Positions 38,966 to 49,878 of a stretch of 64,000 nucleotides of DNA are shown here, one piece after another. Origin of the DNA: an uncultured Acidobacteriota bacterium. GTDB lineage: Bacteria; Acidobacteriota; Polarisedimenticolia; J045. Made by a program: the position numbers and the translations under genes. The notes beneath the pieces were generated by a model. The model was not told the origin of the DNA. It worked only from the letters and a program-made list of their open reading frames with translations, and did no database searches. The stretch spans positions 421 through 64,420 of the forward strand of contig CAVPDB010000004.1 of NCBI GenBank assembly GCA_963702545.1, written 5' to 3'. Each line of letters begins with the position of its first letter. Positions within the stretch are counted from its first letter, which is position 1.

Positions 38966-40129
38966 ATGCCCCCCTTCCCCGCGCTGCCGACCGCGCTCGC
39001 CGCGCTGGCCCTCGCCGGCGCGCTGGCCACCTTCGGCTACGTCGCCGCGCTCGCGCTCCGGTTGCGCTTCCTGCGCGACGAGGCGCCTGCGGCGGGCGAC
39101 CGGCTTGCGGCGCTGACGGTCGTGATCGCGGCGCGCGACGAGGAGCAGGCGATCGAGCACGCGGTGCGCTCGCTCCTGGCGCAGGACTACCCGGCGCTCT
39201 CGATCGTTGCGGTCGACGACCGCTCGACCGACCGTACCGGCGCGATCCTCGACGGGCTGGCCGCCGCGGACTCCCGGCTCCGCGTCGTCCACCTGTCCGA
39301 ACTGCCGCCCGGCTGGCTGGGCAAGACGCACGCGCTGGGCGTGGGCGCCTCGCGCGCACCCGGGGAGTGGCTGCTCTTCACCGATGGCGACGTCGTGTTC
39401 GAGCCGCAGGCGCTGCGCCGCGCCATGGCGCGGGCGGAGCGCGCGCGGCTCGACCACCTCGCGGTCGTGCCCGAGATCCACGCCAGGGGGGCGCTGCTCC
39501 GCGCCACCGTCGCGGCGTTCGCGTTCTACTTCGCGCTCGCGATCCCGCCCTGGCGGGTGCGCAGCCGCCGCCGGCCGGACGCGATCGGGATCGGGGCGTT
39601 CAACCTGGTGCGGGCCGCCGCCTACCGTGCGGCCGGCGGGCACGCCGCCTTCCCGCTGCGCCCCGACGACGACCTCGCGCTGGCGCGGGCGCTCAAGCGC
39701 GGCGGGGCCCGGGCGGAGGTCCTCTCGGGGCGGGGCGAGCTGGCGGTCGAGTGGTACCCGAGCCTGCGCGCGCTGGTCAACGGCCTGCAGAAGAACATCT
39801 TCTCCGGGTTCGACTTCCGGGCCGGCCGCGCGCTCGGTTCCGTGGCCGCGATCCTGGCCGGCCACGTCCTGCCGTTCGTCGCGCCGTTCGTCACGCCGTC
39901 GCCGGCGCGCTGGATCTTCGCGGCCGCGGCGCTGCTGCTCGCGCTGCAGGTCGGCCTCGCCGGCCGCGGCGCCGGACTGCCCTGGCGTGCCGGCCTGCTC
40001 TTCCCGCTGGCCGCACTGGCCTGGGCCTACATCGTCGTGCGCGGCACCGTCGTGCCGCTCGCGCGCGGCGAGATCGAGTGGCGCGGGACGCGCTACGCGC
40101 TGCGGGAGCTGCGGCGGGATCGCGGCTAG
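38966..40129 (+). CDS. membrane-bound family 2 glycosyltransferase (ceramide-glucosyltransferase/HpnI-like architecture)
   Basis: 387-aa ORF. N-terminal TM, then LTVVIAARDEEQAIEHAVRSLLAQDYP...VAVDDRSTDRT...FTDGDVVF (DxD) ...LRPDDDLALAR, followed by C-terminal TM helices. Confidence 0.8.
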   Translation: MPPFPALPTALAALALAGALATFGYVAALALRLRFLRDEAPAAGDRLAALTVVIAARDEEQAIEHAVRSLLAQDYPALSIVAVDDRSTDRTGAILDGLAAADSRLRVVHLSELPPGWLGKTHALGVGASRAPGEWLLFTDGDVVFEPQALRRAMARAERARLDHLAVVPEIHARGALLRATVAAFAFYFALAIPPWRVRSRRRPDAIGIGAFNLVRAAAYRAAGGHAAFPLRPDDDLALARALKRGGARAEVLSGRGELAVEWYPSLRALVNGLQKNIFSGFDFRAGRALGSVAAILAGHVLPFVAPFVTPSPARWIFAAAALLLALQVGLAGRGAGLPWRAGLLFPLAALAWAYIVVRGTVVPLARGEIEWRGTRYALRELRRDRG

Positions 40130-42822
40130 GGGCAGCTCACCGCGCTCTCCTGCGCCGTGACGCCGCAGCGCCCCACCCCGCTCGCCGGCGCGGGCAGGCC
40201 GTTCGACCCGTGCCAGTGCGGCCCCTCGATTCCCGCCTCCGACGCCGCCGCGACGACGAAGTAGAGGCTCTCGCCCGGGGCCGGCATCGCCAGCAGCGCC
40301 TCCCCGCCCCGCCCGACGTCGCAGACCTCGCCCGAGTAGGCGGCCTGCGGCACCGCGGCCAGCGGCCCGTAGAAGAGGTGGTAGCGCGCCGCGGTGCAGG
40401 ACGCGGTGTCCCAGCGCAGCCAGAGCGAGCCGTCGGCGGTCCGCTCCGCGGCGAGCGGACGGCCAGGCACGGTCCGGCCGTCGGGCACCGCCAGGGCGCC
40501 GGCCGACGCCGGACGGAAGCGGTAGAAGCTGCGGCCGTGCGTGGCGACGACCAGGTCGCCGCCCGCCGGGTGCGTGAACAGGTCGGCGACCGCCGCGAGC
40601 GGCAGGCCGTCGGAGAAGCCGTACCAGTGCGCGCCGCCGTCCGCGCTGCGGAAGATCCCCAGGTCGGTCGCCGCGATCAGCACGCCCGGATCGCCGGGAT
40701 CGACGACGAGGTCGGTGACGGGCAGGTCCGGGAAGTCGCCGGTGACGTCGGTCCAGTTCACGCCGGCGTCGGTCGTGCGGGAGAGCTTGGGGTAGCCGTA
40801 GCCGCCGAGCACCGCCCACGCCGCACCGGGCGCCGAGGGGTGCGGCGTGACGCGCGTCACGGTCCGGTTGGGCCACGGGCCCTTGCGCGAGACGAACGCC
40901 GGGCTCGCCGCCAGCGCGTTGGCCGAGCGGTAGAGCCCGCCGTACTCGTAGCCCACCCAGAGCACGTTCCGGTCGGCCGGCGAGACCGCCAGCGCACTCA
41001 CCATCCGGCTGTAGTAGACCGGCCCCAGGATCTCCTTCCAGTTGGTCGTGTGGAAGTCGGTCGTGCGGTAGACCCGGTTGGTGCCGACGTAGATCGTGCG
41101 GCCGGCCGACGGATCGCGGTCGAAGATCCCGACCCACGCCCTCGGGTCGTCGGCCCGGATCCCGCCGTTGGCGTCGACCCAGACGTTGCCGCCGTCGAAC
41201 GACTTCTGCAGGTTCGTGACCTGGTACTCGGTCAGGACCTCCGGACCGACCGCCACGCACTTCCCGCCGTCCCCGCCGCGGATGTAGCGCCAGGGCTCGC
41301 CGGTCTTCGTCTGGTCGGTCCCGTTGTCCTGCGTGCCGCCCGCCAGCCAGGCGGCGTCGGCGTCGTGGCCGCAGCCCCCGTAGAACTGCGTGGTCGGCAG
41401 CCCCTGCCCCGTGGCGACCCAGTGGAAGCCGTAGTCGAGGCTCGAGTAGACGCCGGAGTCGCAGCCGAAGACGACCTCGCCGCCCGGGAAGGCCAGCGCG
41501 GCGTGGTAGTCCCAGCCGACCGGCCCGGCCGCGCTCGGCAGCGCCGAGAAGCTCGCGCCGCCGTCGCGCGAGACGTGGCTCCCGACTCCGCCGACGTAGA
41601 TCGTGCGGCAATCGTCCGGCGCCATCGCCACCGCCAGGTCGTACCAGCCCTGCCCGCCGGCGAAGTCGGGCGCGGCCGTGAGCTGGCTCCAGTGCGCGCC
41701 GCCGTCGGCCGACTTCCACAGGTCGCCGCCGTTCTGCTCGGAGACCGCGAGCATGACGGCCGGGTTCCCGCCGCACAGCGCCAGGTCGACCCGCCCGAGG
41801 TTGGCCGGCAGGCCGCCGCCGACCTGGGACCAGCTCGATCCGTCGTCGGCGCTCTTCCAGACCCCGCCACCCCACAGGCCGACGAAGATCCGCTGCGGGT
41901 CGTCGGGCCGGATCGCGATCCCCGAGGCGCCGTTCGCGGGCAGTCCGGGGACCTTCGCGAACGTGGCTCCGCCGTCGCTCGAACGGTAGAGCCCGTCGTC
42001 GCCGCAGGCCCAGACCTGCGCGCGATTCGAAGGGTGGATCGCCAGGCAGCGCACGGTGCCGGAGAAGCGGTTCGAAGCGGTCCAGCTCCTCCCGCCGTCG
42101 ACGGTCTTCAGCACGCCGATCCCGGCGTAGTTGTCGATCGCGCCGTTCCCCTCGCCCGTGCCCCACCAGAAGACGAGCGGGTCGACGGGATCGGCCAGCA
42201 CCGAACCGGAGGCCTGTGTCGCCTCGCGCTCGGTCAGCGGCTCCCACGAGGCGCCGGCGTCGCGCGTGCGCCAGAGCCCGCCGTCGGCGTTGGCGACCAG
42301 CAGCTGGCCGGGGAGCCCGGCCGGCCGGGCCAGCCCCGTGACGCGGCCGGGGATGTTGTCGGGGCCGACCGGGATCCAGCGCCCGACCGACGGAAGCGCC
42401 GCGGCGTCTGCGGCGTCCGCGCCGGCCCGCGGCGCGCGCGGCGGGAGCGGCGGCGCCGCGAGCTGGCGGTCCCGCGCGCGCTCGCGCCAGCCCTCGGGGA
42501 TCGGCCGGTCGAAGGGCATCAGGCGCGGCTTGAGCCACGCGTGCTGGCGCATGATCCGCTTGTCGGCCCGGCCCGCGACGATCTGCTCGACCAGCCAGCG
42601 GTAGCCGGGATCGACCGCCTGCAGCTCCGACGGCTCCACCGGCGTCCGCTCGCGGTAGATCTCGGCGTCCGACTTCGGCGCGGCGCCGTCCTCGGCCTTC
42701 TTCTTCTCGGCCATCGGGGGGGCGGCGGGCTCGTCCTCCGCGCGGGCGGCGGCCGGCAGGAGGCCGGCCGCGAAGACGGCCAGGAGCAGCAGGGCGGGAA
42801 CGCGGGAGAGCGGACGGCGCAT
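40126..42822 (-). CDS. secreted BNR/Asp-box repeat protein (sortilin/VPS10- or GH74-like double propeller) with C-terminal Cys-containing beta domain
   Basis: Inner ATG 42822 (MRRPLSRVPALLLLAVFAAGLLPAAARA) of track ORF 40126..43071. At least 9 Asp-box repeats are present, for example RTRDAGASWEP, KTVDGGRSWTA, KSADDGSSWSQ, KSADGGAHWSQ, RTTDAGVNWTD and RSADGGAHWYG. Confidence 0.8.
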   Translation of the reverse strand: MRRPLSRVPALLLLAVFAAGLLPAAARAEDEPAAPPMAEKKKAEDGAAPKSDAEIYRERTPVEPSELQAVDPGYRWLVEQIVAGRADKRIMRQHAWLKPRLMPFDRPIPEGWRERARDRQLAAPPLPPRAPRAGADAADAAALPSVGRWIPVGPDNIPGRVTGLARPAGLPGQLLVANADGGLWRTRDAGASWEPLTEREATQASGSVLADPVDPLVFWWGTGEGNGAIDNYAGIGVLKTVDGGRSWTASNRFSGTVRCLAIHPSNRAQVWACGDDGLYRSSDGGATFAKVPGLPANGASGIAIRPDDPQRIFVGLWGGGVWKSADDGSSWSQVGGGLPANLGRVDLALCGGNPAVMLAVSEQNGGDLWKSADGGAHWSQLTAAPDFAGGQGWYDLAVAMAPDDCRTIYVGGVGSHVSRDGGASFSALPSAAGPVGWDYHAALAFPGGEVVFGCDSGVYSSLDYGFHWVATGQGLPTTQFYGGCGHDADAAWLAGGTQDNGTDQTKTGEPWRYIRGGDGGKCVAVGPEVLTEYQVTNLQKSFDGGNVWVDANGGIRADDPRAWVGIFDRDPSAGRTIYVGTNRVYRTTDFHTTNWKEILGPVYYSRMVSALAVSPADRNVLWVGYEYGGLYRSANALAASPAFVSRKGPWPNRTVTRVTPHPSAPGAAWAVLGGYGYPKLSRTTDAGVNWTDVTGDFPDLPVTDLVVDPGDPGVLIAATDLGIFRSADGGAHWYGFSDGLPLAAVADLFTHPAGGDLVVATHGRSFYRFRPASAGALAVPDGRTVPGRPLAAERTADGSLWLRWDTASCTAARYHLFYGPLAAVPQAAYSGEVCDVGRGGEALLAMPAPGESLYFVVAAASEAGIEGPHWHGSNGLPAPASGVGRCGVTAQESAVSCP

Positions 42823-42979
42823 CGGACCCCTCCGCCGCGGCCCCGGGCGGGACGCGACTCTGCCGGGGGTTGTACGGGGATCGGCGACAGGAAGCAACCC
42901 TCGCATCCCGGGCCAGTCTGCGGCTCGTCGCCTGAACGCCCTCCGGGCAGCCGGGCCGGCCAGCGCGGTCGAGGCCGCG

Positions 42980-45900
42980 TCAGTTCCCCGACTCGAGCAG
43001 CGACACGTCCGCGCCGAACCGCCGGCACTTCGCCAGCGCCTTGTCCAGCGTCTGCCCGTCGCCGACCGCATGCGCGGCGACCGCCGTCAGCATCCAGCCC
43101 TCGAAGGTGTCGTTCTCGCCGTTCACCACCTCGCGCCAGAGCAGGTCGCGGGCCTGCTTCGACTGGCCTTCCCGCAGGAACAGGCGGGCTTCCTGGTTGT
43201 TCCCGACGTCGCGGACCCACTGCGCCGCGTCCGAAGCGATCGTCTCGCGCCCCTTCGCCAGCAGCGCGCGCGCCTCGGCGTTGCGCCCGAGTTCAACCGC
43301 GACGCGCGACATGTTGAAGTAGATCGCCGCGTTCGAGTCACGCACCTCGCGGTTGAAGACCAGCCGCTCGCCGGCGTTCTCCGGGAGGTTCCGGGTATCG
43401 AGCGGAGACGGCGAGCGCCTGCTCCAGCAGGGCCTGCGCGGCCTCGTAGTGCCCGGCGTCGATCTCCCGCATCGCCCGCAGTCGCAGCGTGTCTTTCGGG
43501 CGGCAGCTCTGGCAGACGAAGTCGGCCAGCGTGGTCCGCTCGGGGTCGAGCCGGACCGAGAGCGGCTGCTCCGCGACCTTGACCGCGAATTCCGCGCGCG
43601 CCGTGCGCACGCGCTGCTTCCCGACCAGCACCCAGTTCCCTTCGCGCTTCTCGCGCTCCGTCGCCGGACGCTTGAGATCGGTCACGACGCTGTCGCGGAA
43701 CACGCCGACCCCAACCGTGAGCGGGAGGTTCGCGTCCTCGACGTCGAAATAGTCGATGCGTTCGCTGCGCGCGTCGAGCGCCCCCGAAGCGGTCCGGACC
43801 ACCGCGAAGGTCTCGCCGTAGCTGGGCTCCTGTTCGAGCGTCAGCTTGACCTGCCAGGCCTGCGGTCCGACCTCGGCGATCTCGTAGCTGTAGAACACCA
43901 TCGGCAGACCCGTCCCGTCGACGTAGCGGCGGCGGAACCAGGTGAGGTCCTCCCCGGCCTGCCGGCCGATCTCGGCGAAGAACGCGTCGGCGGAGAGCGT
44001 CCCTCCCGCGTGGGTACGCAGGATCCCGGCCAGCATCGGCAGGAAACGCTCCTCACCCAGGTACTGACCGAGCATCTCGACCACCATCCCCCCCTTGGTG
44101 TAGACGATCCGGTCGTAGCAGTCGTAGCAGAGGCTGGAGTTGAGACGGGAGCCGAGCCCGACCGGGCCGATCCGTTCGGCGGGGACGTTCGCCCGGGTCG
44201 GGGCGTAGAGCTGCTCCTTCCACTCCGCGAAAGGCGAGCGGATCTTCCGCTTCTCCCGCTTCGCCAGCACGTTGCGGTCGTACAGCAGGGACGCGTATTC
44301 GGCCATCGCCTCCGAGAGCCAGGCGTCGCGCGGGGACGCGGGACGGACCAGGTTCACCCACCACTGATGTGCCAGCTCGTGCGCCAGGAACTGGCGGTAG
44401 TCCTTTGCCATCGCCACCAGCACGTCGGGGACGGTGACGAAGCCGGGCATCCCCTGCCCGTACCCCTGGCGGTTCGTCACGACCGAGAGGTGGTCGAGAG
44501 GGTACGGGCCGAAGACGGATTCGAAGTAGGCCAGCGCGTCACGGACGTTCGCGCGGAACTCCTCCTGCTCTTTCTTCGACATCCACTTCTGGGAGGCCTG
44601 GTCGAACGCGGTCCGCACCTGGACCCGCCCGTCGTGATCGGAGAACTCCGCGAAGTCCCCGACCTCGAGCCCGAACAGGATGCCCGGCGTGTCGAGCACC
44701 CTCCGCTCCCACCGCCCCCCCTCCCGGTCGCCGAAGTCCATACGGACGCCGGAGGCCACGACCTCGAGCCGGGACGGCCAGCGCAGCGTGACGTCGAATG
44801 TCGCCGGGTCGCCGGCCGCCGTCTGCGGGTACCAGGAATCGCTGGACCAGTTGACGAAGACCTTCTTCGAGGTGCGGTCGAACAGGGTCCCGCCGTACTC
44901 GATCTCGAGTGCAGCCTCCGCGCCGTCCTTCAGGGTGCCGGCCAGCACGACGACCACCGTCCCGGCGGTCTGGGAGAAGAAGAGCGGCGTGCCGGCGCCG
45001 TCGCGGACGCTCGAGACCCGCAGGTCGTCATGCAGCAGCAGGAGCGCGGTCCGGACCCCGTCCATCCGGGACACCAGGTCGAGCCGGGCCTTGCCGTGGA
45101 CCCGTTCGCCGGCCGAGTCGATTTCCACTTCGAGCCGGTAGTGCCGGGCTCGCAGCGCCGGCTGCCCGCGCTGAATCGTCCCGTCCGCGCTGCGCAGCGG
45201 CACGGAGGACCAGGTGTTCCAATACCCGGCCAGGTCGAGATCGACCGCCGAGAGGCGCCCGGCTCGCAGGTCCTCGCGGAACGCCTTCACCCAGCGCCAG
45301 CGCTGGCTCTCCGTCAGCTCGAAGCGCACGAACTGCCCGACGGTGGCGCCGTCCAGCGCCTCGGGGTCGATCTCGAACAGGAAGTTCCCTCGCCGGACAC
45401 GCTCGAACCAGGCCGCGAACCAGGTCTCCATGGCGGGGTCCCCGATCGCTTCCCGGAACAGGTTCTCGCGCACCCCGAGCCGGCGCCGCTCCGCGCCGCG
45501 CAGCCAGGCGCCGAAGACCTCATCGGCCCGCCGCACGGCGGGATCGGCGGCGGCGGACTCGCCAGACAGCAGGCGGGCCGCGGCCGACTCCGACAGACCG
45601 CAGAGGATCGCCGCCGAGAACGGCTCGTCGAGCGCCGGGCGCCAGGTGAAGAGCGAGAGCTGCGCCTTCTCGACCGGGTCGTCCGGAGCGTACTGAAAGC
45701 GTCCGGTCCCGACGAAGACCAGCTCGCGCGGACGGCCGGCCACCGCGGACGCCGGGACGATGGTCCCCTCCTCGAGCACGATCGTGCCCGGGCCGACCCG
45801 GAACTGGATCCCCCCGACGGCCACGGCGCGCGCCGGATCGAGGCGGGAGGCGTCGATCTCCTTCAGCGTCGCGGCCGGATCGGCAGGCGGGGGCGGCGGG

Positions 45901-46028
45901 GCCGGATCGGCAGGAGACGGAGGTGCGGCCGAGGCCGCGGCATGAAGCGCGACAAGCAGGGCGAGGCACGCCGGCGCCGTCGTCCGCGGAGTTCCGCGCA
46001 TGGGGCGACTCCCTCGGGGAAGGGTCAC
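42980..46028 (-). pseudogene. secreted M1-family zinc aminopeptidase with C-terminal TPR-like region; one frameshift near 43390
   Basis: Signal peptide at the N-terminus. HELAHQWWVNL...WLSEAMAEY is the HExxH plus E gluzincin motif. After ...AGHYEAAQALLEQALAVS the sequence continues in another frame as LDTRNLPENAGERLVFNREVRDSNAAIYFNMSRVAVELGRNAEARALL... (track ORF 42980..43345). The start is 46028 or 46001. Confidence 0.8.
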
Positions 46029-46194
46029 GGACTATTCCCGGATTCTACGGCGGGCCCCGGCCCGGAAACAGGCCCCCCCGGGGCTCCCGATCCCGCCCGG
46101 CCGGAATCGGGCTGCGGCGCATCCCGGGCCTCGGAAGACGGCGCGGCGCCCGTCCCGGGCCCCTGCTAAGCTCCCGCGCAATCTTGGAGGCCCG

Positions 46195-48018
46195 ATGCGA
46201 AGGTTCGCCGCCGTGACGCTCTCCCTGCTGCTCGTTCCCGCGCTGGCCGGCTCCGCCGCCCGCGCCTGCACCAACTTCCTGGTCACCAAGGGGGCGAGCG
46301 CCGACGGCTCGACGATGGTCACCTACTCCGCCGACGCCCACGTGCTCTACGGCGAGCTCTACCACTGGCCGGCCGCGACCTACCCGCCGGGCGCGCAGCG
46401 CGACGTGATCGAGTGGGACACCGGGAAGCTGCTCGGGCGGATCCCGGAAGCGCCCCGCACCTACGCCGTGGTCGGCAACATGAACGAGCACCAGCTGGCG
46501 ATCGGCGAGAGCACCTGGGGCGGCCGCCCCGAGCTGGAGGAGCCGAACGGGATCATCGACTACGGCAGCCTGATCTACATCGCGCTGCAGCGCGCGAAGA
46601 CGGCGCGCGAGGCGATCGAGGTCATGACCGGACTGGTCGCCGAGCACGGCTACGCCAGCACCGGCGAGTCGTTCTCGATCGCCGACCCGCAGGAAGTCTG
46701 GCTCCTCGACCTGGTCGGCAAGGGGAAGGGCCGCAAGGGGGCGGTCTGGGTCGCGCGCCGGATCCCCGACGGCTACATCTCGGGCCACGCCAACGCCGCA
46801 CGGATCCGGCAGTTCCCGCTGAACGACCCGAAGAAGGAGACGCTCCACTCCCCCGACGTCGTCGCGTTCGCGCGCGAGATGGGCTGGTTCTCCGGCCGCG
46901 ACGAGGACTTCTCCTTCGCCGACGCCTACAACCCGTCCGATTTCGGCGCTCGCCGCGCCTGCGACGCGCGGGTCTGGTGCATGTACCACCGCGCCGCGCC
47001 CTCGCAGAAGATCTCCTCCGCCTGGGCCGAGGCCAAGGACCCCGCAGCCGAGCCGCTCCCGCTCTGGATCAAGCCCGACCGCAAGCTCTCGGTCGCCGAC
47101 GTGATGGGGCTGATGCGCGACCACTTCGAGGACACGCCGCTCGACATGACGAAGGACCCGGGGGCCGGCCCCTTCGCCCTCCCCTACCGCTGGCGCCCGA
47201 TGACCTGGAAGGTCGACGGCGTGCAGTACCTCAACGAGCGCGCGGTCTCGACCCAGCAGACCGGCTTCTCGTTCGTCAGCCAGTCGCGCGGCTGGCTCCC
47301 CGACCCGATCGGCGGGGTCCTCTGGTTCGGCGTCGACGACACCTACGCCACGGTCTACTTCCCGGTCTTCGCCGGGATCGACAAGGTCCCCGTCAACTGG
47401 GCCGTCGGCACCGGCTCGTTCCACGAGGTGACCTGGGACTCGGCTTTCTGGGTCTTCAACCAGGTCACCAACTTCGCCTACGGCCGCTGGAGCGACATGA
47501 TCCAGGACATCCAGGCGGTGCAGCGCGAGCTGGAGGGGAAGTACCTGTCGGCGCAACCGGCCGTCGACGCGGCGGCGCTGGCGCTCTACGCCCAATCGCC
47601 GCGCCTGGCGAAGGACTACCTGACGCAGTACACGGCGGACGCCGGGGCCGAGGTCGTGACCCGCTGGAAGGAGCTGTCGAAGTTCCTGCTCTACAAGTAC
47701 CTCGACGGCAACCGCAAGGACGCGACCGGCAAGGTCACGCACCCCGGCTACGACGACGGCTGGAAGAAGATGGTCGCCGCCGCGACCGGCGACCGGCTGA
47801 AGACCGTCAAGCTCCCGGCCGACCTGGAGGCCGAGCGCGCGCAGAAGGAGAAGGCCGCGAAGACGGCGCAGGCGGTGCTGGCGGTGCTGGAGTCGCGCGG
47901 CCTCGCGGCCGACGCCGCGACGCGCGAGAAGATCCTCGCGGCGGAGGACCCGGCCGAGGCCGAGCAGTGGCTGGTCCGGGCCGCGACGGCACCGGCCGCC
48001 GCAGCCGTCCTCGAGTAG
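46195..48018 (+). CDS. secreted C69-family dipeptidase
   Basis: Inner ATG 46195 of track ORF 46000..48018. Signal peptide MRRFAAVTLSLLLVPALAGSAARA is directly followed by CTNFLVTKGAS, the N-terminal nucleophile Cys of peptidase C69. Confidence 0.85.
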   Translation: MRRFAAVTLSLLLVPALAGSAARACTNFLVTKGASADGSTMVTYSADAHVLYGELYHWPAATYPPGAQRDVIEWDTGKLLGRIPEAPRTYAVVGNMNEHQLAIGESTWGGRPELEEPNGIIDYGSLIYIALQRAKTAREAIEVMTGLVAEHGYASTGESFSIADPQEVWLLDLVGKGKGRKGAVWVARRIPDGYISGHANAARIRQFPLNDPKKETLHSPDVVAFAREMGWFSGRDEDFSFADAYNPSDFGARRACDARVWCMYHRAAPSQKISSAWAEAKDPAAEPLPLWIKPDRKLSVADVMGLMRDHFEDTPLDMTKDPGAGPFALPYRWRPMTWKVDGVQYLNERAVSTQQTGFSFVSQSRGWLPDPIGGVLWFGVDDTYATVYFPVFAGIDKVPVNWAVGTGSFHEVTWDSAFWVFNQVTNFAYGRWSDMIQDIQAVQRELEGKYLSAQPAVDAAALALYAQSPRLAKDYLTQYTADAGAEVVTRWKELSKFLLYKYLDGNRKDATGKVTHPGYDDGWKKMVAAATGDRLKTVKLPADLEAERAQKEKAAKTAQAVLAVLESRGLAADAATREKILAAEDPAEAEQWLVRAATAPAAAAVLE

Positions 48019-48064
48019 GACCGACCGCGCCGGGCGCCCCGGGTCCCGGCCCCGCGGAGCCGGG

Positions 48065-48889
48065 TCAGTCGCCGCCGTAAGCGATCTCGAGCCGCCGCGC
48101 GCGCAGCATCGCGAGCCAGACCAGCACCGCCGCCAGCGCCGCGAGGCCCAGCACCGCCAGCCAGACGGGAGGCGGGTCGGCGACGATCGCGAACGGCCCC
48201 TCGTTGATCGGCACCGGGCGCAGCGCGTTGAGGTAGTGGATCACGCTGATCTGCTTCAGGAAGCCCGGGAGGAAGGGGTTGGCTGCCTCCACTGCCCAGA
48301 TCGCGACCGCGGGCAGCAGCGGGTTCCGGAACAGCAGGCCCGCCAGCGTGAAGACCGCGCCGTACCCGACGACCGCCAGGAGCACGATGGCGAGATACCA
48401 GGGGATCAGGTAGCCCTGCCGGGCCAGCGTCCCGGGGCCCCACGACAGGAACCCCAGGACGAACGCGAGGAGGGTGACCGTGCCGAAGACCAGCCAGCCC
48501 GCCGCGACGCCGGCCGCGTACTTGCCGGCCACCAGGACCTCGCGGCGGATCGGGACCAGCAGGTAGTAGTGCAGCGTGCGGTCCAGCAGGTCGCCGCGGA
48601 ACAGGTTCATGAAGATCCAGACCGATCCCAGGTAGACCGCGAAGCGCAGGACCAGGAACTCGAAGAAATTGGCCAGGCCCTGCGTGAAGGACGAGAGGCT
48701 GTCGCCGTGCTCGCCATCGCGTCCGAGCAGCAGGTGCAGCAGCGGCGGCAGCAGGACCAGCGCGGCGAGCCCGTAGACCAGGAGCGCGCGCTTGCCGAAC
48801 AGCGCCTTGCGCAGTTCGAGCCGGAACAGCGCCAGGAACTGCTCGCGCCAGAGCGGCCAGGGAAGAGCGCGCAGCTCGGTCGTCGTCAC
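48065..48889 (-). CDS. ABC-2 type transporter permease
   Basis: 274-aa ORF with 6 predicted TM segments. GTG overlaps the upstream ATPase stop (GTGA). Confidence 0.7.
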   Translation of the reverse strand: MTTTELRALPWPLWREQFLALFRLELRKALFGKRALLVYGLAALVLLPPLLHLLLGRDGEHGDSLSSFTQGLANFFEFLVLRFAVYLGSVWIFMNLFRGDLLDRTLHYYLLVPIRREVLVAGKYAAGVAAGWLVFGTVTLLAFVLGFLSWGPGTLARQGYLIPWYLAIVLLAVVGYGAVFTLAGLLFRNPLLPAVAIWAVEAANPFLPGFLKQISVIHYLNALRPVPINEGPFAIVADPPPVWLAVLGLAALAAVLVWLAMLRARRLEIAYGGD

Positions 48890-49878
48890 GCGGCCCCCCT
48901 TCCGCCATCCTGGATCAGGTACTGGTAGACCGACTGGACGTCGTCGTCGGCCGGCGCGACGGCGTCGATCCGCGCGCCCGACTCGAGCACGATCCCGTTC
49001 AGCGCGTGGAAGAAGGAGTCGGCGTCCTCGGTCCGCACGAAGAAGCCCCCCTTGTCGGGGTGCAGCTTGACCTCGACGACCCCGTCCAGCCCCATCAGGC
49101 GGGTCGCCAGCCGCTGCGGGGCGTCGCAGCGGATCAACACCTGCAGCGGGTGCCGGTGCATCTCGCCGCGCACCGCCTGGATCTTCCCCTCGGCCACGAC
49201 GTAGCCCTCGTTGAGCAGCACGACCTGGTCGGAGAGCAGGTCGACCTCGTGCAGGATGTGCGAGGAGAGGATGACGTGCCGGCCGGAACGGGCCTGCTCT
49301 TGCAGCAGCGCGATCACCTCGGCGCGGGCCAGCGGGTCGAGGCCGTTGAGCGGCTCGTCGAGAATCAGCACCTGCGGGTCGGCCGCCAGCGCCAGCCCCA
49401 GGCGCAGCCGCTGGCGCATCCCCTTGGAGTAGCCGGCGGCGCGGCGGTCGGCGGCCTCGCGCAGCCCGACCTGGTCGAGCATCTCGGCCGCGCGCTCCTT
49501 CGCCCAGGCCGTGCCGCGCCCGGCGAGCGACAGGAACGAGACCAGGAACGAGCGTCCGGTCGCGCCCGGCGGGAAGGCGTCCTGCTGGGTGCAGAAGCCG
49601 ACCCGGCGAAAGAGCTGCTCGGGGTGCGCGGGCGAGATCCCGAGCACGGTGATCGACCCGGCGCTGGGGCGCAGCAGCCCCGTCATCAGTCCCATCAGCG
49701 TGCTCTTGCCGGCGCCGTTGGGGCCGACCAGCCCGGTGATCCCCGGCGGGATCGCCAGCGTGACGCGGTTGACCCCGAGCGTCTCGCCGTAGAACTTCGA
49801 GACGTTCTCGAAGACCACCAGCTCGTCGCGGTGGCGGGATGCGGGCGCGGCGGCCGTGGCGAGGTTGGGTGCGCTCAC
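48886..49878 (-). CDS. ABC transporter ATP-binding protein
   Basis: Last 330 aa of track ORF 48886..50598. GPNGAGKST is Walker A, YSKGMRQRL the signature motif, LILDEPLNGLD Walker B and SSHILHE the H-loop. It carries a C-terminal accessory domain. Confidence 0.9.
   Translation of the reverse strand: MSAPNLATAAAPASRHRDELVVFENVSKFYGETLGVNRVTLAIPPGITGLVGPNGAGKSTLMGLMTGLLRPSAGSITVLGISPAHPEQLFRRVGFCTQQDAFPPGATGRSFLVSFLSLAGRGTAWAKERAAEMLDQVGLREAADRRAAGYSKGMRQRLRLGLALAADPQVLILDEPLNGLDPLARAEVIALLQEQARSGRHVILSSHILHEVDLLSDQVVLLNEGYVVAEGKIQAVRGEMHRHPLQVLIRCDAPQRLATRLMGLDGVVEVKLHPDKGGFFVRTEDADSFFHALNGIVLESGARIDAVAPADDDVQSVYQYLIQDGGRGAA

Noticed and set aside
35461-39030. Very long track ORFs rich in Arg/Pro/Gly/Ala. 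Examples are 35461..39030 (-), 38435..42538 (-), 39367..43317 (+), 59639..63937 (-), 56779..61380 (+), 3073..5427 (-), 14466..16715 (-) and 27066..30860 (-).
   Set aside because: They lie antisense or out of frame to genes with clear family motifs. They have low-complexity R/P/G/A composition and no motifs. They are the expected stop-codon-poor shadow frames of very GC-rich DNA.
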